From contig OX597827.1 of assembly GCA_951406725.2 (NCBI GenBank), positions 77,004,001 through 77,068,000 of the forward strand: DNA of 64,000 nt. The letters are read 5' to 3'. Both the position numbers and the translations under genes were made by a program. The DNA comes from Octopus vulgaris (taxonomy: Eukaryota). The notes under the pieces were generated by a model. The model was given only the letters and a program-made list of their open reading frames with translations. It was not told where the DNA came from and did not search any database. Shown piece after piece: positions 28,380 through 43,699 of the stretch; the first letter of the stretch is position 1, and each line of letters begins with the position of its first letter.

Positions 28380-28625
28380 GGAGGTGCGTGGCTTAGTGGT
28401 TAGGGTGTTGGAGTCATGGTGGTAAGATTGTGGTTTCAATTCCTGGACCAGGTGACGCTTTGCATTCTTGAGCAAAACACTATGTTTCACGTTGTTCCTG
28501 TCCACCCAGCTGGGAAAAGTGAGTAACCCTATAACAGACCAGCATCCCATACCAGGTGAGGAATATATATGCGATAGAAACCAGCAAACTGGCCCTTATT
28601 AGTCTGTGATTAGGGAAGGAACTTT
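28380..28625 (+). mobile_element. tRNA-derived SINE family D (second copy 14300-14545)
   Basis: TGGCTTAGTGGTTAGG A-box; shared AAGATTGTGGTTTCA...CTTGAGCAAAACACT...GTCCAC..GCTGG..GAGTAA between the two copies. Confidence 0.7.
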
Positions 28626-29828
28626 TTTTTTACTTTTTGGAAGAAATGGATGGGGCAGTGGTTAAAAAGCTTGATTGAAGACTACATGCTAGCAATTAAT
28701 GCTGGGCTGACCAAAACATTGTGAGTGGATTTGCGAGAGGGGAAACTGTAAGAAGCTCAGTGTGTGTTTTGTATCTTGTCTTGACATCAGGTGCTAATTG
28801 TAAGCAAATGTCCAGCCCTTGTGCTGTTTGTGTTTGAAGAAGTAGGGGAAATATTGTCCTGCTAGGAAACGGGCAAAAGGGCATTGAATTTCATCTGACC
28901 CAGGCAAGCCTGGAAAAGTGAAGATTTAAGTTCAAAATGAGGGACCTTTCATTATTAACAGCAGTTGAAAGAGATAAGGTTGGACAATGTTTGGAAGGGC
29001 ATCCAGATGTAGAAATCTTTTCAAAACGAAACATATGAATAACGTTCAACATAAGAAACGAGTCTTCCTGATAAGAATTGATTCAGGCAATGATATATAT
29101 AGGATGGGAAGATGATGGATGGGTGGTGATACTGTAGGGTGATGCTGATGGCAATGACCAGTCTTATTGTTATCGAATCCCTTAAAGGAGTCAATGAAGT
29201 GTAAATGGCATGATCAACATTTGATCTGGCAAGCTTATCAACAGTGGAACCCTTTCTCTGGTTATTGCCCAATTTCCAAGGAAGGACGGCCGTTCCCTTA
29301 AATCTTTCATCGACTCTCGCCAAGGAAAGAGAACTATGGATGCTAATGAGAAAGAGCTTGCTCAAGGATTACGTTGACCTTGATCTGGTGTGGAACTCTT
29401 CTCATTTGAAGGTTAAAAACTAAGTAGCTATACATTGGATTGTTTAACCCTGGGTCATTCCCAGTCCATTAGACTTTTGATCAAAAACAGTCCAGTTGTG
29501 GACATCAAATCTTTTGTTTAAGCAGTGTTCAAGAAACACATTAGTCAAAGCTGATAATGTTATTTAGCCCTAGGTCTTTGATGATCCACCAGATGGTCAC
29601 AAGTGAAACATCTTTGATTAGAGATGAAAGACATTACATCTACATCAACCTCCCACATTTATGTGTGTGTGTATATATATACATATAGGGAAAGTTTACG
29701 AAAATAAACAAAAGACGAAGGCAGGTGGAGTACAAACAAACATGTATTAGTATAGCGATCAGGAATAGAAAAAGTCTTTTACGTTTCGAGCCTACGCTCT
29801 TCTACACAGAAAAAAACAAGGAGAGAAG

Positions 29829-29873
<45 letters not shown>

Positions 29874-31207
29874 AGAACATACTGGACCCTATTGTCCAGT
29901 ATGTTCTTAGTTTTCTTTCTCTCTTTCTGTGTTGTAATCTGAAGAAAGATTTGACTGTTATTTCCAGCAAGTCCATCTCCCTCTTTCATGGCAAAAGGGT
30001 GTGGTATTTATGATTAGGGTTTATTTTCAAAAGGTTTTCTCTCTACATATTTTTTGTTTTTTACTTTCTTTGTTTAATTTCCCTTGTATTGAATCTGTGG
30101 CTGACTATTTAGGTGCAAGTGTCATGACCCAGAGGTCATAAGGTCAACATCCCTGTTTGCCATAGCATGATAGCTTGGGACAAACAATATTTTGCACCCC
30201 CTCCCCCCACACCCACGCCAATCCCCCACCACCACCACCACCTTCAAACAGGTGTTTATGTGTCTCTTCCTTGTGTGTGTGTGTGTGTGTGTGTCTAGGA
30301 GATAATCCACTGCTCTAAGCAACAATAATAGTACAATGTCCCAAACAAGCCAGGAGTAAATGTGTCAACCAGCTGTCCTGCTAGAAATAGCAATGAAATC
30401 TCTCTCAAGTCACTCCATAACCCTTTAGCATTCAGAGTACTCAAATGTGATGCTCATTTATTCACAATATATTGTCGATGAAAGATTTCCATGATGAGAT
30501 TGTTTGCATGTAGAAGGAATTTGCCGCTACGTTCTGAGTTCAAATTCCGCCGAGGTCGACTTTGCCTTTCATCCTTTCGGGGTCGATTAAATAAGTACCA
30601 ATTATGCACTGGGGTCGATATAATCGACTTAATCAGTTTGTCTGTCCTTGTTTGTCCTCTCTGTGTGTAGCCCCATGTGGGTAGTAAAGAAATAGAAGGA
30701 ATTTGTAGGGTAGGCACAGCTAAAGACTTGTGACCAGGGTTGATCTCTGTGTCTCTCTGTTTTGGCATCATGTGATAAGCTGTAAATGAGTGTCACTGTC
30801 ATACAGGCGGTGTTGTCATTCATTTCTAATGTTCTGTGCAAACATGTCCGGCTGAGGGAAAAATATGAAGCTTAACTTGAAAACATGGGAGGGACGACAG
30901 TCGGACGAGCATCCTACTGGGAAACACCTGCTTCAATAATCTCCGACCCATGCAGGCACGGAAAAGTGGTCGTTAAAATGATGATGATGATGATGATGAT
31001 ATACTTGTAATGTATGCTATGTATGTGTTAATTACAATAGAGAACTCATCAAGGAGATAGATTTACTTACTTCACATACACACACACACACACATATGTG
31101 TGTGTACATACTTGTATATACACCGACACACTCTTAAGATTAAAAAGCTAAACTTAAAGCCAGCCAGAGGCCATATATACATGTGTATGTGTGTGTGTGT
31201 GTGTGTG

Positions 31208-31247
<40 letters not shown>

Positions 31248-31886
31248 CGTGTGTGTGTGTATATATATATATTAAGTTTTATATATACATATATAAATTA
31301 TATATAAGATTTTATATATATACACACACACACACACACAAACATGTATATACAAACATTTTTATATAGGCATATATATTTATGTGTGTATGTATATATA
31401 TATATATATACATACATACATACATACATACACACAAGCACATTGTAAAGCTGGCTGAACAAGGGTGTGTGGGTTGGCATGTGGTGGTGTAGGGGCGAGT
31501 GTTTTGTGATTATCTTTAGTGACCTGGCAGTAAATGTGATTATTTGATGTGTGTGTGTGTGTGTGTGTGTGTGTAGCTTCCAACTGGCTTGCCTGTGAAT
31601 GTGGCTGTGGTGTGTTTGCATGGCTGTCTACATATGAAGTGTGTGTGTGTGTGTGCCTTGCTGTGGTCTGTTCTTCTCATAAATATGTTTTGTCTGTGTG
31701 TGTGTATATGCTTATATGTATAATGTTGAAGGTCTTGTCTCTCAGGAAATGTGTATGACTATATGTATGTATGTATGTATGTATATGTGATATTTTTGAC
31801 ATTATATTTCATATAACAACACATGTTTTATAACAATCACTTAAATATGAATCCTGTGTGTGTGAGTATATATGTGTGTGTGTGTG

Positions 31887-31927
<41 letters not shown>

Positions 31928-32170
31928 ATATATTATATATATATATATACACACACACGTAGACATACATGTGTGTGTATATATATATAATATATATGTG
32001 TGTGTGTGTGTGTATATATTATATATATATATATACATACATATATGTGTGTGTATATATTATATATATATATATACATACATATATGTGTGTGTATATA
32101 TTATGTATATATATATACATACATACATATGTGTGTGTATATATTATATATATATATATACATACATACA

Positions 32171-32202
<32 letters not shown>

Positions 32203-32765
32203 ATACACACCTACATGTGTGTTTTATGTGAATGCTGTCTTATTGACTGACATGCCACCTTCAACAGTATATAAGGTTGTTGTGTAGATGTGTTTATATA
32301 TACACACAGTGGGTGGGTGTGTTTGAGTTTGTGTGTGTGTGTTCCTGTATGAGATCAACCAGGCCATAATGTGTGTGTGTGGGTTGGGTTGTATGCAGCA
32401 GTGGTGGTGGTGGTGGTGGTAACAGCAGTGGTTATAAGTATTGATTGATTTGTCAATAAAAGACATATGTGGGGAGTGGGGGGAAAGTCTGTATGTGTGT
32501 GTGTGTGTACGCATGTGCTTCATCCATAAGAGGGGGGAAGGTCGTGAAGGTCTTGGAAGTATTATTGATGGACTTGGGAACTTTACTATTCCAAACAAAC
32601 CATAAAGAAGAGTAACTGGGGAACAAAAACAAAACAAATAATAAAACCAAAGCACTACCTTCCAAGTGAAAAAACATATATATATATATATATATGTATA
32701 TACACACACGTGTGTGTGTGTATGCTACATGTGTGTATAATCCCAAGTTTGGTGCTCCATGTCTT

Positions 32766-33191
<426 letters not shown>

Positions 33192-34100
33192 TTCAATATT
33201 GTACTAAATGGGAGAGTCAAGGCTGGAATGTCTTTGGCCATAAGCCTTGTTGATCAGTTCTGACCTCCCTTGAGGCTCTACAAAGAAGAGGGAAATAATC
33301 CTTAGACATGCAGGCATCAGTATTGATAAAAACAAAGTTGATATGAACAATGAAATCAAAAGTGTCCTTTGATCCTTTCCTCTGTGAGATTATCTGAAGC
33401 GGGAGAGCAGAGGTTGAGTACGAGTGAGATGTTGTACTCAAACCTGTGTCTAAATACATTAGATTAAGTCTGAACACACAAGGAGAGAGTGAGGAATGGT
33501 GTATGGAGTCTTCTTGCATTTAAACTTCATTTTTGTCATCATTTAATATCCATATCTCGTATGGAATATGGATGTATTCTATAAGTTGTGCTTAAACCAA
33601 TGTCTGATTTCATCAGGTCAAGTCTTGCGAGAGAGAGAGAAAGAATAAGAGAAGTCGTATGGAGACCTCTTGCAGGCAGACTTCTTCATTTAATGTCGGT
33701 TTCCCCACTGGCATATGGCTGACGGTTTGATAGGATCTGATGAGCCAGAGCACTAAGTCAAGCTCCGTGATTTTTCTATGGCTCGATGCCCTTCCTAAAG
33801 CATTATCAAATGTTGTATTTGTGAACCCAAATAAATGCTTAAAACCTGCAGTGAGCTCCACTACAAATGGTGACATTACTGTCAGTGGCTGCACAGACAT
33901 TGATGGCGTTTGTTAACAACTCCTCTCAACAAATTCTCCATTAGCTCTGCACTTTTGAATTCCTCTGATATTAAAATCTCCTTACTTGAATAAAACAGGA
34001 AAGGGTTAGCAACAGGAGAAGCACCCAACTGCATAAATCTTACCTCCAGAATCTCCCCATCTAACCATTGCTAGCAAGAAAAATATAATCGGTATTACAC

Positions 34101-34359
34101 CAGTGGTTCACAACCATTTTTTGTCTATGAACTCCTTTTGTTCCTATTATACCTTCCTGGACCCGCCATAGCCATTTGCTGTATATAAAAAAAAATCCTC
34201 ATGCTTTTTATAATTAAATATTATTAGGAATTATGTAAAAAAGAAATTTTAATATTTTATGTATTGCTGAAGTATTGCCAGTTTATTGCACAAATTTTAA
34301 TAGCAAAATCTTATCTGGACCCCACCAGGGGTCATGTGGGCTCTGGTTTAGAACTGTTG
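34101..34359. mobile_element. Degenerate hAT/Charlie-like MITE
   Basis: Termini CAGTGGTTCACAACC ... GGTTTAGAACTGTTG. Confidence 0.55.
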
Positions 34360-34639
34360 GATTAAACAAACTAAAATGCGATTGTCGTTGTTTGTTGGGG
34401 TGACCCTTATATCAAGGTTGCGATACAAAAGTTGAAACTCTGATGTAACGATGAATCATTTTGAAGAAGAAAACAAATTAAAATATAACCAAAAAAAAAC
34501 AAAACATATAAAAGAGTAGAGTTTAATGTGGTTTAGATTAGATTGTTGAGATTCAAGAAAGACAGGAAGACTTTGTATTCCATTTACCAAACACACAAAG
34601 ACTTTTTCATCATCTCCAAAATTTAAAACACATGAGAGA

Positions 34640-35030
34640 TATACGTGTTTTCACTGGACCAAGAATGTATGAATGTAGAAGCCATCCTTAAACTTCAATG
34701 TGAGCTAATGAAGAGGGCCATGGCATGGTTACTCAGATTGCTAAGAATAGCAGCTAAATGTACAAGGAATGCGTGTAAAAGCCAGCCCTTTGCTTCAATG
34801 TGTCTCATTGAGTCCTCAACATGGTTGCTCAAATTTTTAGAAATAGCAGCTAAATGTGTAAGAAATGTGTCTATGTAGAAGCAAGCCCTAGGCTTCGATG
34901 TGAACCAATGAAAATGTGTTTCTCTACTTAGCTGTTCAGATTGCTAGGAATAACAGCTAAATGTACAAAGAATGTATACACAGGCCTCTACATGGTTGCT
35001 GAAGCTGCTTGAAATAGCAGCTAAATCATG
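34640..35030 (+). repeat. Degenerate ~100 bp tandem repeat containing AATAGCAGCTAAATG
   Basis: The motif recurs at ~34745, 34842, 34948 and 35012. Confidence 0.7.
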
Positions 35031-36611
35031 CATTATCGTGTAGCTTCAAGATTTCAGTGGTGTGCTTGTATATTTTTGGAATGACATTGTAGGGTAGGTG
35101 TGTGAGGCTGGGTCTGGTCAGTTCCAATATTTGGGGCCGGATTTGGCCAGATTAAGTGCTAAAGGGTTAAACATCAGTTTGAGCAAAGAAAGTCTGCTGA
35201 GGTTACTTGACTTCCAAGAATGGTAGCTGCATCTCCCTCATTGAAACAAACTGTCTTTGAAGACCAGTAAGAACACATTGGCTAATGCAGTCTTAGATGC
35301 ACAATGCCCACAAATAGACAGAATGGTTGTGGCTGAAACACTTGATTGTAGGCCGTATATATGTGTGTATATACAAATCCTTTGTAAACAGTAAGGGTGA
35401 GTGACAGGAAGAGCATCCAGCTGCAAAATGATCCTGCTCAGTTATCTCCCTTCTAAGCCATGCAAACATGGAAAAATAGATTAGGCAAGACATGATTTAT
35501 GTGTGTATATATATATATATATACGCACATGCACACCTAAATTGGTCATTAGACTGTGGCCATGCTGGGGCACCACCTTGGATTTCTAGTCAAATGAATT
35601 CATCCTAGTACTTAGTTCGTTTTATGCCTAGTACTTTTTTGGTCTCTTTTGGTGAACTGCTAAGTTACGCAGCATTAATACACCAACACCAATTGCCAAG
35701 CAGTGGCGAAGGGACACGCACACACACACATATATATGTGATGGGCTTCTTTCAGTTTCCATCTACCAAATCCACTCACAAGGCTTTTAGTTGGCCTCAG
35801 GCTTTAGTAGAAGACACTTGGCCTTGCCAAAGATGCCACGCTGTATAGTTCTTTTTGTTAGAAAAAAGGGGTGGAAAGGACTTTAGAAGTACACAACACA
35901 ACTTGGAGAGTCTTGGTTATGTGTTTATTGATGCCAGAGATAAACGGTGGATCACATTCCTCAGACTCTTCATGATTTATGCCACTGACAGCCATTCCGT
36001 ATCTTTGGCTTCCATCCCTCTGATGGGAACGGTGAAGGGTCAATGGGATGAAACCAGGGTCCGGTAATGCAATCCCGGTTTATCTCTGATAAACAAACTT
36101 ACACAGATGTTATAAGTATGTGTATGTGTTTATGTAGGCACTACATGTGTGCAGAACATGGATATATGTATGTGTGTGTATACACATATACATACATACA
36201 TACATATGTATAAACATATGTGGATATTTACAAATGTATATGCGTATATGTAGTATATACGTGCGTTTGTCATAGCTAATAAGGTGGCAGTGGTAATTTG
36301 GTAGGCTTCCGAGGGAAGGTCCGTAGCCTGGAGAAAAAGATGAGTGTGTGCTGCGCCATGCCCGTGGCCGGTCACCGGAGAGGGGTGGGGAAGTGCACGG
36401 GGAAGTGAGCAGGGGTTGATGGAGGTGGTCTTCATATACATTAATTAACTTTGACACAGTTCTCCTGCCGGGCCTCCACGCCATCACCGCTGCCGCTGAA
36501 CCCGGCCCCTCTCCTTCCTGTGGCTAGTTTCTCTCCCCTTAGCTTTTCATCAGGAATACACACACACACTTCTGCCCCTACCTGCAACCCACTGCAATTC
36601 TGCTTGCGTTC

Positions 36612-36669
<58 letters not shown>

Positions 36670-37144
36670 CCCCACTCCCTGCCCTCTGTGCCCCCACGCC
36701 ACACACTCCATCCTGCCACTCCACTCTTGCACATGCAGCCTCCCCCTCCGCCACCAACACCTGCCCCCTTTTAACATCTCACCCCTCTGCCTTGGCCCCC
36801 ATCCCACCGCGAACCTCTGTCTGATAGAACCTATTTGGTGCTGCGGTGTTGTGGTGGTGGGCGTGGAGGGATTGTAGTGGTGTGAAATGGGAGGGGCGTG
36901 GTGTAGATTGGATGTTGTGGCACTGGGGTGCAGAGCACGACATGGAACGGAGTGGGGGAGAGAAGGGGCAGAGGGAGAGGAATTGTAGTGGGGGACGGGT
37001 GTGGTTGTGGTATAGTAATTGAAGTGGTGGTGGTGGTGGGGGTTAGAGCCATGATGGTGGTGGTGTTGGCAATAGAAGGAAGTGGTGTGGTGATGCACAC
37101 ACACACATAGATAGATAGATAGATATATGTATGCACATATATAG

Positions 37145-37175
<31 letters not shown>

Positions 37176-38400
37176 CATCATCAATTAATGGAAGACGGAC
37201 GTTAAATGATAATGTATCTATATATATATATATATATACATATGTGTGTGTGTGTATGTCTATATATATATGTGTGTATGTGTGTGTGTCTGTGTGTGTG
37301 TATATGTCTATATGTGTGTGTGTGTATACGTCTATGTGTGTGTATATATCATGTGTGTGTATATGTCTATATATGTGTGTGTGTGTGTATGTCTATATAT
37401 ATATGTGTGTGTGTGTCTATCATCTATATATATATGTGTGTGTGTTTGTATATATGATGTATTACATGTGTGTGTACATATATATATATATGTGTGTGTG
37501 TGTGTATTCAGTGGCAGTGAAGGTGTGGTGTGGTTCCGAGGTGCATTTACAGCTGGAGGTAGTGGTGTGGTCGGGTGGGTGAGATGGTAGGGTTCTGTAA
37601 TGGGTGTTCACCAGTGCCGTCACCCCATCACTTCCAACCCCGACCTTCCCCACTCGCTCGCTCACACGCACCCGCGCCATGTCTATGGGAGGCAGCATTT
37701 AGGCAATTTTGGAACCTTGCCCATCTTACTGGGCTAAACTTGTTCTGTGTGTGTGTGTAGTTAAGGTGGATATAAGGGTGGGTGCAGTGTGTGTTTGTGT
37801 GCATATATGCAGGTGGTAGGGTAGTTGTGTAGGGTTAATGTAAAGCGCGGGGTGGGTGGGGGTGGTGAGCGGTACTGGGTGTTTGGGGGGCAGAAGGTAG
37901 GAGTAGGGGAGCAGATGGTTGGTGGTGTGTTTATGGAGGAGTGTGGTGGTGGCATGGTTGTGTGTGTGTACTCTGTGTGGTTCGTGGGTGCGGTAGTGGT
38001 GGTGGTGGAGAAGGGGTGTGAGGAGGGGGTTGTTCTGTTTGGGGTGTGTAGTTCATGTGTGTTTGTGTGTGTGTGTCTATGTTTTTATCTGTGTGTGTGT
38101 GTGTGTGTGTACACAAACAAGGACACCTACTCACATAGTCTCTTCCATATGCGTTCACAAAATATTTTACTAATGAATCTACATTCTTGTTGATGATGAT
38201 GATGGTGATGATGATGGCAGTGGTAACGGTATATATGACCATCTTTTACCAAAGGGAAATCATCGGTGCCCCAGCATGGCCACAGCTCGTGAGCTGAAAC
38301 TAGATAAAATAAAAAAATAAAAATATATTTTTTTTAAAATATATATATATATATTGGATATATGTTATCCCATGGTGGGTTGAATTTTCAACCCCTATCT

Positions 38401-38447
<47 letters not shown>

Positions 38448-38586
38448 AGTAGGTTTGATTCATAATCACATAGTTCCTGGTTCAGTCCCACACTGTGACA
38501 CCATGGGCAAGTGTCCGCTATGATGGCCCCAGGCGAACCAAAGCCTCGTTAGTGGATTTGGTTGACTGAAACTGAAAGAAGCCCAT

Positions 38587-38646
<60 letters not shown>

Positions 38647-40535
38647 GTGTGTGTGTGTGTATATAATGAGTGTCTTCATGTTTGTGTTTGTACCCCATCG
38701 TGGCTTGATGACAAGTGTTGGTTTGTTTACATCCCTGTAACTTGGCAGCTTACAGGGACATAAACACACCAACACTAAGTGCCAAACAGTGTTGGGGGGA
38801 CCGATGCAGAACACATATACTCGCATATAATACATACAGGGCAGGCTTCTTTCAGGTTCCATCTACCAAATCCACTCACAAGGCTTTGCTCTGTCTGAGG
38901 CTTATAGTAAGTAGAAGACAGTTGCCCCAAGGTGCCACGCAGTGGGACTGAACCCACAACTTTGCCTGCACCAATGAGCAGAAATAGTAGTTTACCTTCG
39001 TACTCTTAAGTTTGCATCTCACCAAAGACATTATAATAAAACCCCAATGGTTTATTAGAGAAGGGGTCAATCAGGGCCCCACCCCACCCCTCCCATTGCT
39101 GCAGATGTGTAGAGAAGACTAAGCTGGACTGTGTGATTTGCTGTGGTCAAGCGTTTCATGCTGTTCTCCCAGTGACTGGCTCACATTTCTTGGTTTGATT
39201 CTTTAAAGCTGTGGCCATGCTGGGGCACCACCTTTCATATTTTCTATTATATTTTGTTTAGTGGTATGTTTTTTTTCGGTGTTGGTGGTGGTGATGGGAA
39301 GAGGGGTTTCATGGTCTGCCAGTGGGTCATAGGACATCGAAATGGGGGTGGGGGTACATTTGGTATGTAACATGGGAATAACACTTGCCATATAGTTTCA
39401 ATTAAAACTTCTTTTCAAAACACGCACAGGCATTGCTGGAAAAATTACCACCTGATCCATGTATTGCATGGAAAAATAGATGTTTAACAGTGATGATGAT
39501 GATGATGACAATGATGACACATATGTGCTTTTTTAAAGACTTTGTTCATTGACGGTGGATGGATGTCAAAGTGGGGCATTGAGCTGTATTGAGAAACACC
39601 AGTTTAGCCCCCAGAGCAAACCCCAGGTTAATTGTATGATCAAAAGTATTCCACCTGGGGCTATCCTGTTTATATTTCCAGGCAATGTATGTAAGCCGCT
39701 ACATTGTCCACTGGTATTGTTTAATTTGAGGGAGATGCAGCTACTGTTTATAGCAGGTCAAGCCACTACTGGTTCATTGCCTGCCTGAGGTCACTTGTTA
39801 TCAAAGTTGTCCCTGCAATGACCATTGCACCTTATTTTCAGCTAGGCAGTGTATCGAGGATTACACGTGGTGTCTTAGGATGGTAGGATGTGATTTCAGA
39901 GAGATTTGACTGCCATTTCTAACAGGTTGACAAGTGACTACTTGGGGCCCTTCTAATTGTTTTGACCTTATGGCTGCCAGTTAGACCAGGTCTGCCCCAA
40001 TCAAGCAGATCTGTAATCAAACATTTCATTCAATGTTTATTTTAATTGTACACTTAACTTGAAGTTGCCCAGTGTTCTAGTTCTGGCTAACAACTCCTCA
40101 AATTGCTATTAAGGATTGAGTTGAGAAAAAGACAAGAACGTCACATCATCATCATTAGATGTCTGGTTTTCCATGCTGGAGCTGGCAAGCAGGGTTAGAC
40201 CTGGATTTGGCATGATCTTTACAGCTTGATGCCTTTCCTAACACCAACCACTTTACAGAGAGTGCTGGGTGCTTTTTACATGATGCCAACGCCAGAGTTT
40301 TCTTTGTAACACCAACATTTGTGAGTTCATAAGACAAAGACCTCTCAGTTGAAAAATGGAGAGTGGAACAAAGAGAAGTGGCTGAATGCCATCACATCCC
40401 GGATTACAATTGTATTCTTGATGTCAAACTATACAATAACTTGGTAGAAAGGGTGCAGAGTTCTAATCGTGTCTATGTTATGTATTGTATAAATCTGGAG
40501 ATGACTCACTGCCACTTGAGAAACTATAAATTTAA

Positions 40536-40720
40536 CCCTTGGCATTCAGATTACTCTGTCTTTGAATTAATCATGCATTATCTCTTATAACTTCAAGATT
40601 TTGATGTGATTGTTTATTTTTAGAATGACATTGTTGGGTAGGTGTAAGAGGCGAGGTCTAGCCAATTTGGATAAAAAAAATTTTTTTTAAATACTTGGGC
40701 CAGTTTTATATGCTAAAGGG
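40536..40720. mobile_element. Second TTAA-flanked MITE family (also 58186-58406; fragments at 30418-30500 and 35030-35170)
   Basis: TTAA|CCCTTGGCA...TGCTAAAGGG|TTAA; shared internal GAATGACATTGT.GGGTAGGT. Confidence 0.75.
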
Positions 40721-41589
40721 TTAAAGAAAGCTCCACTTTCTCTATAAACATGATCGGTGTGAAGCAGGCTTTGTTGTATAAATTTGGATGCCATTTGCCT
40801 GTTGAGAAATTTGCAGAACTATCAAACCCACTCTAAGCTAAATAGGTATACAAAAAATAATGTCAGCTGTGGCCTGGCAGTTGATCCAGGCAGGGATGGG
40901 CACCAAAGATTGTCTAGGTCAGATTTGAAAGTAATGGGAACTATTATCATAGTCATCATTGTTATCATCATCATCAGTGCCAATAAAGAAACCTTTATGC
41001 TAGAAATGGCAGTTAAATCTCCTTCAGGATTCATTCTACAGCCTTAAAGCAAAATGAAAACTAAAAAAGACTTATTGCATTGTGCAGACCGTGGTAAACT
41101 ATGGTTTGGGGAAAAAAAAAAAAACGAAGGGTTAGTCATGGTTGGAAGTTTTTGATCATAGTTGTGCTGCATCGTGGTTGACATCATCATCATCATCGTC
41201 TTCCTCGTTATCCTTATAATTGTTGCCAACACCAAGATAACCAATTCTATGATCAACCACCACTGCCACCGTCTCCATCGCTCACCATTGAACAAGTACC
41301 ATCGCCATCATACCATCACCACCACCACCACCACCACCGCTACTCCCGTCATACCATTACTAACAGATAAAAGCTATAAATAGATTCACTGCTACCATCA
41401 CTAATGAGAGAATATTGTATTTCCAAATTTGTTGTTGTTGTTGCTGCTGCTGCTACAGTTGTGGCGGTGGTGGTGGTGAGGGGTGTAGGGTAGTAGCAAG
41501 GGTGGGTGGGTGGTGTGTACATCCTTGACAACCTCTCCTCTTATTAATGTGACCAAATATTTTTCTCTCCTACTTTGGCTCTGCATTGG

Positions 41590-41850
41590 GTGGCGGCGGC
41601 GGTGGTGGTGGCAGTTATGATGATGGTTATGATGGTGATGATTATAGTAGAGGTGGTGGTTGTGGTGGCAGTTATGATGATGGTTATGGTTATGTTGATG
41701 ATGATAGTAGTGGTGTTGATGGTGGTGGTGGTGGCAGTTATGATGATGGTTATGATGATGATGATAGTAGTGGTGGTGGTGGTGGTGTTTATAGTACTGT
41801 TTGTCATAGTAGTAGTAGTGGTGGTAGTAGAACTGGTGGTGGTTGTCAGG
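41590..41850 (+). repeat. Compound (GGT)n/(GAT)n/(AGT)n repeat with a ~60 bp higher-order unit
   Basis: GGCAGTTATGATGATGGTTATG occurs three times (~41610, 41667, 41733). Confidence 0.85.
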
Positions 41851-42214
41851 GTGGCGGGGAGGGTGTTGTAGAGAATGGTTGGCACCAAGCTACTGCTTCG
41901 TCGTGTTTACAAAGCTCACTGCTGCACACACACACACACACGCACGCACGCATGCACGCGTAACGCCACCACCACAAGCACACAACACACAATGTCCCCC
42001 GCCGTCGCCGACTCTGCTGCCGCGACACCCACTAACACCTTAACATACTTCGCACCATACTGCATTGCCACCCCCGCGTCCCCGTCACCCCCTCCACTGC
42101 AACTTGTCACATTGCTGCACCTGCAACCCAGAACACTGCACCGCCAACACCATCGCCGCCGTTGCATGACCACCGCTGCACCAAGACAAACGCCATCAAC
42201 TGCACTACCACTAT

Positions 42215-42959
42215 GTATATATATATATGTGTGTGTATGTATATAATATATATATATATAATATATATGTATATAATGTATATATGTATATAATGTATAT
42301 ATGTATACAATGTATATATATGTATATAATGTATATATGTATACAATGTATATATATATATAATGTATATATGTATACAATGTATATATATATGTATATT
42401 ATGTATATAATGTATATATGTATATAATGTATATATGTATATATATATAATGTATGTATATATATAATGTATATATATATATAATGTATATATATATATA
42501 TAATGTATATATATATATATATATGTATATGTATATATATATAATGTATGTATATATATATAATGTATGTATATATATATAATGTATGTATATATATAAT
42601 GTATATATATATATATAATGTATATATATAATGTATATATATATATATGTATATATATATAATGTATATATATATAATGTATATATATATATATGTGTAT
42701 ATAATTATATATTATATAATGTATATATATATAAATATATATATGTATATAATATATATATGTATATAATGTATATATATATGTATATATATATATGTAT
42801 ATAATATATATATATGTATATATATATATGTATATAATATATATATAATGTATATATATATATGTATATAATATATATATAATGTATATATATATATATG
42901 TATATAATATATATATATGTATTATATATATATGTATATAATATATATATAATGTATAA

Positions 42960-43008
<49 letters not shown>

Positions 43009-43125
43009 GTATATGTATATATTATATATATATATATATAATGTATAATATATATATATATGTATATATATATATAATATATATATAATATATATATATA
43101 TGTATATATATATATTATATATATA

Positions 43126-43159
<34 letters not shown>

Positions 43160-43278
43160 GTATATAATATATATATAATGTATATTATATATATATGTAT
43201 ATAATATATATATAATGTATATATATATATAATGTATATATATATATATAATGTATATATATATATATGTATATAATG

Positions 43279-43311
<33 letters not shown>

Positions 43312-43485
43312 GTATATAATATATATATAATATATATAATATATATATATAATGTATATAATATATATATATATGTATATAATATATATATAATGTATAT
43401 AATATATATATAATGTATATAATATATATATAATGTATATAATATATATATATGTATATAATATATATATATACATATATATATA
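42215..43485. repeat. ~1.27 kb interrupted (TA)n array with TATAATG/TATG variants
   Basis: Almost purely A/T, with sparse G and virtually no C on the + strand. Confidence 0.95.
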
Positions 43486-43699
43486 GAGAGAGAGAAAGCC
43501 TATACACCCAGCCCATTTGAAAGAAATAGCAGTTAGAACTCCCTCAGATTATCCCCTATTTTGTATATACTGACAAGGAGCATTAAACGATGCAATTACT
43601 CCGAGGTACATTTATTCAGATGTGATGGTCGTGGTTGGGAATTTGTGTGATCATAAGGCCACCTTGACGTGTTCTGCTTAGGCTTGAATGAACAGCTAC

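Noticed and set aside
41586-41963. Gly/Tyr/Asp-rich ORF (GGGGSYDDGY) resembling a structural protein
   Set aside because: Starts at a non-ATG codon, is fully explained by GGT/GAT/AGT triplet repeats, is open in several frames, and has no signal peptide or splice support.
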